Below are positions 1 to 3,207 of a DNA stretch of 3,207 bases, in pieces (positions within the stretch are counted from its first letter, which is position 1; each line of letters starts with the position of its first letter). Source of the stretch: a phage; the sequence record PZ195123.1. One strand, written 5' to 3'. A program made the translations under genes and the position numbers. The notes below the pieces were generated by a model that had not been told where the DNA came from, did not search any database, and saw only the letters and a program-made list of their open reading frames with translations.

Positions 1-108
1 TCATCCTTGAAGGCGCTAGGAATGTTTTGCATAAGCGACTCATTTCTGCAGTCTTTTCACCATGCCGTTAGGTTTAGGTGACGGTATATTCCATATACCG
101 GAGGATCT
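1..108 (+). promoter_or_regulatory. 5' untranslated leader of the phage RNA, probably lacking its extreme 5' end; contains the Shine-Dalgarno GGAGG at 100-104, 4 nt upstream of the maturation-gene ATG
   Basis: No intact ORF with a homology-like translation before 109. GGAGG at 100-104 followed by ATG at 109-111. The window does not begin with the G-rich 5' end typical of levivirus genomes (established knowledge), so the true terminus is probably missing. Confidence 0.7.
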
Positions 109-1281
109 ATGTTTCCGAAGTCAAATATCGACAGAAATTACAAGGTTAAGCTTATTACTTACGACAAGAAAGGGAAACTTGTTTCCGACGACTCTTTCGA
201 GCAAGTCGAAAACTATCTCTATCAAAATCGTTCGAATACGTATAAACCTGGTTATATCCGTCGCGACTTTCGAAGACCAACTAACTTCTGGAACGGCTAT
301 CGCTGTTTCAATCAGCCAGTTGGTACTTTCACTCGGAAACTCTCTGATGGTGGGAGACAAGTTGCTGATTATGGTATCGTAAACCCTAATAAGTTTACAG
401 GTAACAGTCAGCACTTGGGGGACAACATGGTTATTTACCCTGGTCCCTTTTCTATAAATATTGATCAGCGTGCTTCCGTCGAAGTCCTCAATAAACTTTC
501 ACAATCAAACCTCAATATTGGGGTTGCGATTGCTGAAGCTAAGATGACTGCTTCGTTACTCGCTAAACAATCTATAGCTCTCATCAGAGCCTACACTGCC
601 GCAAGGCGCGGTAATTGGCGAGAGGTGTTTTCACAACTCCTCATCTCCGAACACCGTTTCAGAGCTCCCGCTAGGGACCTCGGAGGTCGATGGCTCGAAC
701 TGCAGTACGGTTGGTTACCTCTCATGAGTGATTTGAAAGCTGCATATGATTTGCTTACGCAAACCAAACTGCCCGCTTTCATGCCCTTGAGGGTTACCCG
801 TACCGTTGGCGGAACGCACAATTATAAAGTGCGCAACGTCGAATCTGCAGGGGATACTTGGTCCTATAGCGATCGTTTATCGGTGAATTACCGAATATGG
901 TATTTCATTTCCGATCCACGTCTCGCATGGGCTAGTTCCCTCGGGCTTCTTAACCCTTTAGAAATTTACTGGGAAAAGACGCCCTGGTCGTTCGTCGTTG
1001 ACTGGTTCTTACCTGTCGGTAATCTTATAGAAGCCATGAGTAATCCTCTTGGCCTCGACATTATTTCCGGCACGAAGACCTGGCAACTCGAATCAAAACT
1101 TAATGCATCGCTTACTGCTCCGGGTTGGTCAGGAACTGCAAAGCTGACTGCCTATGCTAAAGCATATGACAGATCTACTTTCTATTCCTTTCCTACTCCA
1201 TTGCCGTATGTGAAGTCTCCACTTAGTGGGCTTCACTTAGCGAACGCATTAGCCTTAATCAACCAACGCCTGAAAAGGTAA
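109..1281 (+). CDS. mat: Maturation (A/assembly) protein, 390 aa; pilus-binding minor virion protein of ssRNA phages
   Basis: ORF track 109..1281 (390 aa) with SD GGAGG upstream. The translation has blocks I recognise as conserved with the MS2 A protein (e.g. [65 protein letters not shown]). Length and position as first gene fit a levivirus. Confidence 0.95.
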   Translation: MFPKSNIDRNYKVKLITYDKKGKLVSDDSFEQVENYLYQNRSNTYKPGYIRRDFRRPTNFWNGYRCFNQPVGTFTRKLSDGGRQVADYGIVNPNKFTGNSQHLGDNMVIYPGPFSINIDQRASVEVLNKLSQSNLNIGVAIAEAKMTASLLAKQSIALIRAYTAARRGNWREVFSQLLISEHRFRAPARDLGGRWLELQYGWLPLMSDLKAAYDLLTQTKLPAFMPLRVTRTVGGTHNYKVRNVESAGDTWSYSDRLSVNYRIWYFISDPRLAWASSLGLLNPLEIYWEKTPWSFVVDWFLPVGNLIEAMSNPLGLDIISGTKTWQLESKLNASLTAPGWSGTAKLTAYAKAYDRSTFYSFPTPLPYVKSPLSGLHLANALALINQRLKR

Positions 1282-1285
1282 TTAC

Positions 1286-1289
1286 GGAG
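1286..1289 (+). promoter_or_regulatory. Probable Shine-Dalgarno (GGAG) for the coat gene, 8 nt upstream of the ATG at 1298
   Basis: GGAG at 1286-1289 in the 16-nt intergenic spacer between the mat stop (TAA 1279-1281) and the coat ATG (1298-1300). Confidence 0.6.
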
Positions 1290-1297
1290 TTAGCCAT

Positions 1298-1690
1298 ATG
1301 GCAACTTTACGCAGTTTCGTACTCGTCGATAATGGCGGTACGGGGAATGTTACTGTCGTTCCTGTTAGCAATGCCAACGGCGTCGCTGAGTGGCTTTCTA
1401 ATAACTCGCGCAGTCAAGCTTATCGCGTGACTGCCAGTTATCGTGCGTCAGGCGCGGACAAGCGCAAATACACCATCAAACTTGAGGTACCGAAAATCGT
1501 TACTCAAGTTGTTAATGGCGTTGAGCTGCCTGTTTCCGCATGGAAGGCTTACGCCTCTATTGACCTGACCATCCCTATCTTTGCTGCAACCGATGACGTG
1601 ACTGTTATTTCCAAGTCACTCGCCGGCCTGTTCAAAGTTGGGAACCCTATCGCTGAAGCTATCTCTTCGCAGAGCGGCTTCTACGCGTAA
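1298..1690 (+). CDS. cp: Major coat (capsid) protein, 130 codons; also the translational repressor of the replicase gene
   Basis: ORF track 1298..1690. The translation MATLRSFVLVDNGGTGNVTVVPVSNANGVAEWLSNNSRSQAYRVTASYRAS... matches from memory the levivirus coat fold signature (FVLVDNGGTG, NGVAEWLS.NSRSQAY, ELTIPIF-like TIPIFAA) and is closest to phage GA coat protein. Stop TAA at 1688-1690. Confidence 0.97.
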   Translation: MATLRSFVLVDNGGTGNVTVVPVSNANGVAEWLSNNSRSQAYRVTASYRASGADKRKYTIKLEVPKIVTQVVNGVELPVSAWKAYASIDLTIPIFAATDDVTVISKSLAGLFKVGNPIAEAISSQSGFYA

Positions 1691-1881
1691 TGGGTCTGAA
1701 AGCAAAACATAAGGAAAACCTATGTTCCGATTCACAGAGATCGAAAAGACTCTATGTATGGATCGCACTCGCGATTGTGCTATCCGATTTCACGTCTATC
1801 TTCAGTCACTGGATTTGGGGTCTTCTGATCCTCATTCTCCGGACTTTGATGGACTTGCCTACCTTCGTGATGAATGTCTAA
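1690..1881 (+). CDS. lys: Lysis protein (single-gene lysis protein, L-type), 63 codons, overlapping the coat stop and the 5' part of the replicase gene in a different frame
   Basis: ORF track 1690..1881. Its ATG (1690-1692) overlaps the coat stop as TAATG. The product has a basic hydrophilic N-terminus (MGLKAKHKENLCSDSQRSKR) followed by a long hydrophobic stretch (LYVWIALAIVLSDFTSIFSHWIWGLLILILRTL), the typical architecture of levivirus L proteins. Position between coat and replicase is as in MS2/GA-type phages. There is no obvious SD, which fits termination-reinitiation coupling. Confidence 0.85.
   Translation: MGLKAKHKENLCSDSQRSKRLYVWIALAIVLSDFTSIFSHWIWGLLILILRTLMDLPTFVMNV
1707..1725 (+). 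promoter_or_regulatory. Coat-protein translational operator hairpin enclosing the replicase start codon (ACAUA-A-GG-AAAA-CC-UAUGU)
   Basis: Seen in sequence: 1707-1711 ACATA pairs with 1721-1725 TATGT, A1712 is unpaired, GG 1713-1714 pairs with CC 1719-1720, and the loop is AAAA 1715-1718. This is the same architecture as the MS2 operator ACAUG-A-GG-AUUA-CC-CAUGU, with loop adenines at -4 and -7 relative to the replicase AUG at 1722. An AAGGA SD (1711-1715) is embedded in the hairpin. Confidence 0.85.
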
Positions 1882-3172
1882 CTAAACATCCTTCACTTGG
1901 AGACAGTAATTCGGACGCACGCCGTAAGGAATTGGCATATGCCAAACTTATGGATAGTGATCAAAGATGCAAAATCCAAAACAGTAACGGATACGACTAC
2001 TCTCATATCGAGAGTAGCGTACTGAGTGGTATACTCAAGACTGCTCAGGCCCTTGTGGCAAACTTACTTACGGGTTTTGAATCTCACTTCCTGAACGATT
2101 GTTCATTCTCCAATGGAGCCTCACAAGGGTTCAAGTTGCGGGATGCAGCGCCGTTTAAGAAGATCGCTGGGCAAGCAACCGTTACAGCTCCTGCTTATGA
2201 CATCGCCGTGGCCGCCGTTAAAACGTGCGCTCCGTGGTATGCTTATATGCAGGAAACGTATGGCGATGAAACCAAATGGTTTCGTCGGGTATACGGCAAC
2301 GGTTTGTTTTCTGTTCCGAAGAACAATAAAATAGATCGGGCTGCCTGTAAGGAGCCTGATATGAATATGTACCTTCAGAAGGGGGCGGGATCTTTTATAA
2401 GAAAACGCCTCCGCTCCGTCGGTATAGATCTTAACGATCAGACGCGCAATCAGGAATTAGCCCGACTCGGCAGCATTGACGGTTCACTTGCTACTATTGA
2501 TCTTAGTAGCGCTAGTGATTCCATCTCTGACCGCCTTGTCTGGGACCTTCTTCCGCCGCACGTTTATTCATACCTCGCTCGTATTCGTTCGTCTTTCACT
2601 ATGATCGACGGGCGTTTACACAAGTGGGGTCTATTTTCTACCATGGGGAATGGCTTCACATTCGAACTCGAGTCCATGATCTTTTGGGCTCTAAGTAAGA
2701 GTGTTATGCTATCCATGGGTGTTACTGGCTCATTAGGCATCTATGGTGACGATATAATCGTCCCCATTGAATGTGCCCCAACTCTCCTTAAGGTACTATC
2801 CGCTGTGAACTTTCTTCCTAATGAAAAGAAGACGTTCACTACGGGTTACTTTCGCGAAAGTTGTGGTGCTCATTTCTTTAAAGGTGCCGACATGAAACCT
2901 TTTTACTGCAAGCGGCCAATGGAAACCCTTCCCGATGTCATGTTGCTATGCAACAGGATAAGAGGTTGGCAGACCGTTGGTGGAATGTCAGATCCGCGGC
3001 TTTTCCCGATTTGGAAAGAGTTCGCTGATATGATTCCGCAGAAGTTTAAGGGTGGATGCAATCTGGATCGCGATACTTACCTCGTTTCACCGGATAAACC
3101 TGGTGTCACATTGGTTCGTATCGCTCAGGTTCGCTCTGGTTTTAACCACGCGTTCTCGTACGGCCATGAAAA
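1722..3172 (+). CDS. rep: RNA-dependent RNA polymerase (replicase beta subunit), 3'-partial; about 483 codons readable before the N run
   Basis: Manual translation from ATG 1722 in frame 0 runs without a stop to 3172: MFRFTEIEKTLCMDRTRD...GSSDPHSPDFDGLAYLRDECLTKHP...VPKNNKIDRAACKEPDMNMYLQKGAGSFIRKRLRSVGIDLNDQ...LATIDLSSASDSISDRLVW...FSTMGNGFTFELESMIFWA...GIYGDDIIVP...FRESCGAHF...GGMSDPRLF.... It contains the polymerase YGDD motif (2742-2753) and long blocks I recall as near-identical to MS2 replicase. It is missing from the ORF track only because it has no stop in the window. Confidence 0.95.
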
Positions 3173-3207
3173 NNNNNNNNNNNNNNNCTNNNNNNNNNNN
3201 NNNNNNG
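3173..3207. other. Run of ambiguous bases (N) with isolated calls (CT at 3188-3189, G at 3207); masked or unresolved 3' portion
   Basis: Directly visible. It interrupts the replicase ORF, and the 3' end of the replicase plus the 3' UTR are absent from the window. Confidence 0.99.

Noticed and set aside
62-382. 106-aa ORF on the + strand overlapping the 5' UTR and the start of the maturation gene
   Set aside because: Alternate frame across the well-supported maturation gene; its translation is low-complexity and unrecognisable, its ATG has no convincing SD, and leviviruses have no known gene here.
121-414. 97-aa ORF on the minus strand
   Set aside because: Antisense to the maturation gene. 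The minus strand of a levivirus is a replication intermediate and is not translated; nothing in the sequence suggests otherwise.
591-821. 76-aa ORF on the minus strand
   Set aside because: Antisense to the maturation gene, for the same reason as above; its composition (R/S/C-rich) looks like a chance ORF.
1288-1306. Idea that the coat-start hairpin is a second coat-protein operator
   Set aside because: It shares the stem, bulged A and 4-nt loop, but the upper stem is 3 bp and the loop is AUAU, so it lacks the adenines at the operator's -4 and -7 spacing. It is more plausibly the coat initiation hairpin.
2113-2334. 73-aa arginine-rich ORF on the + strand, out of frame inside the replicase gene
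   Set aside because: It lies wholly within the replicase in another frame, has no SD and no recognisable features. The real overlapping gene (lysis) is upstream at 1690-1881. It could only be taken seriously if conserved as an open frame across related phages, which I cannot test.
1-3207. Search for a novel defence, toxin or other accessory system, CRISPR repeats, tRNAs or mobile elements
   Set aside because: Every stretch of readable sequence is accounted for by the four canonical levivirus genes and their short intergenic regions. No direct or inverted repeat arrays, no extra ORFs with plausible starts, and no unexplained non-coding region are present.

Overview
This window reads as the cDNA of a near-complete single-stranded RNA coliphage genome (Leviviridae/Fiersviridae, MS2-like genus), and it most closely resembles the group II phage GA by my recollection of its proteins. 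All real genes lie on the + strand in the canonical order: 5' UTR (1-108), maturation/A protein (109-1281), coat protein (1298-1690), a short lysis protein (1690-1881) overlapping the coat stop and the replicase start in another frame, and the replicase beta subunit (1722 onward). The replicase has no stop codon before the N run at 3173-3207, so it is 3'-truncated, which is why it is absent from the ORF track. Its start codon sits in a stem-loop that matches the coat-protein translational operator of MS2-like phages. I see no CRISPR array, tRNA/rRNA gene, mobile element or DNA-type promoter, and none is expected in an RNA phage. I do not see evidence of a previously undescribed system. This is a textbook levivirus layout; the points worth a second look are RNA-structural regulatory elements and strain-level identity, which need an alignment I cannot run.
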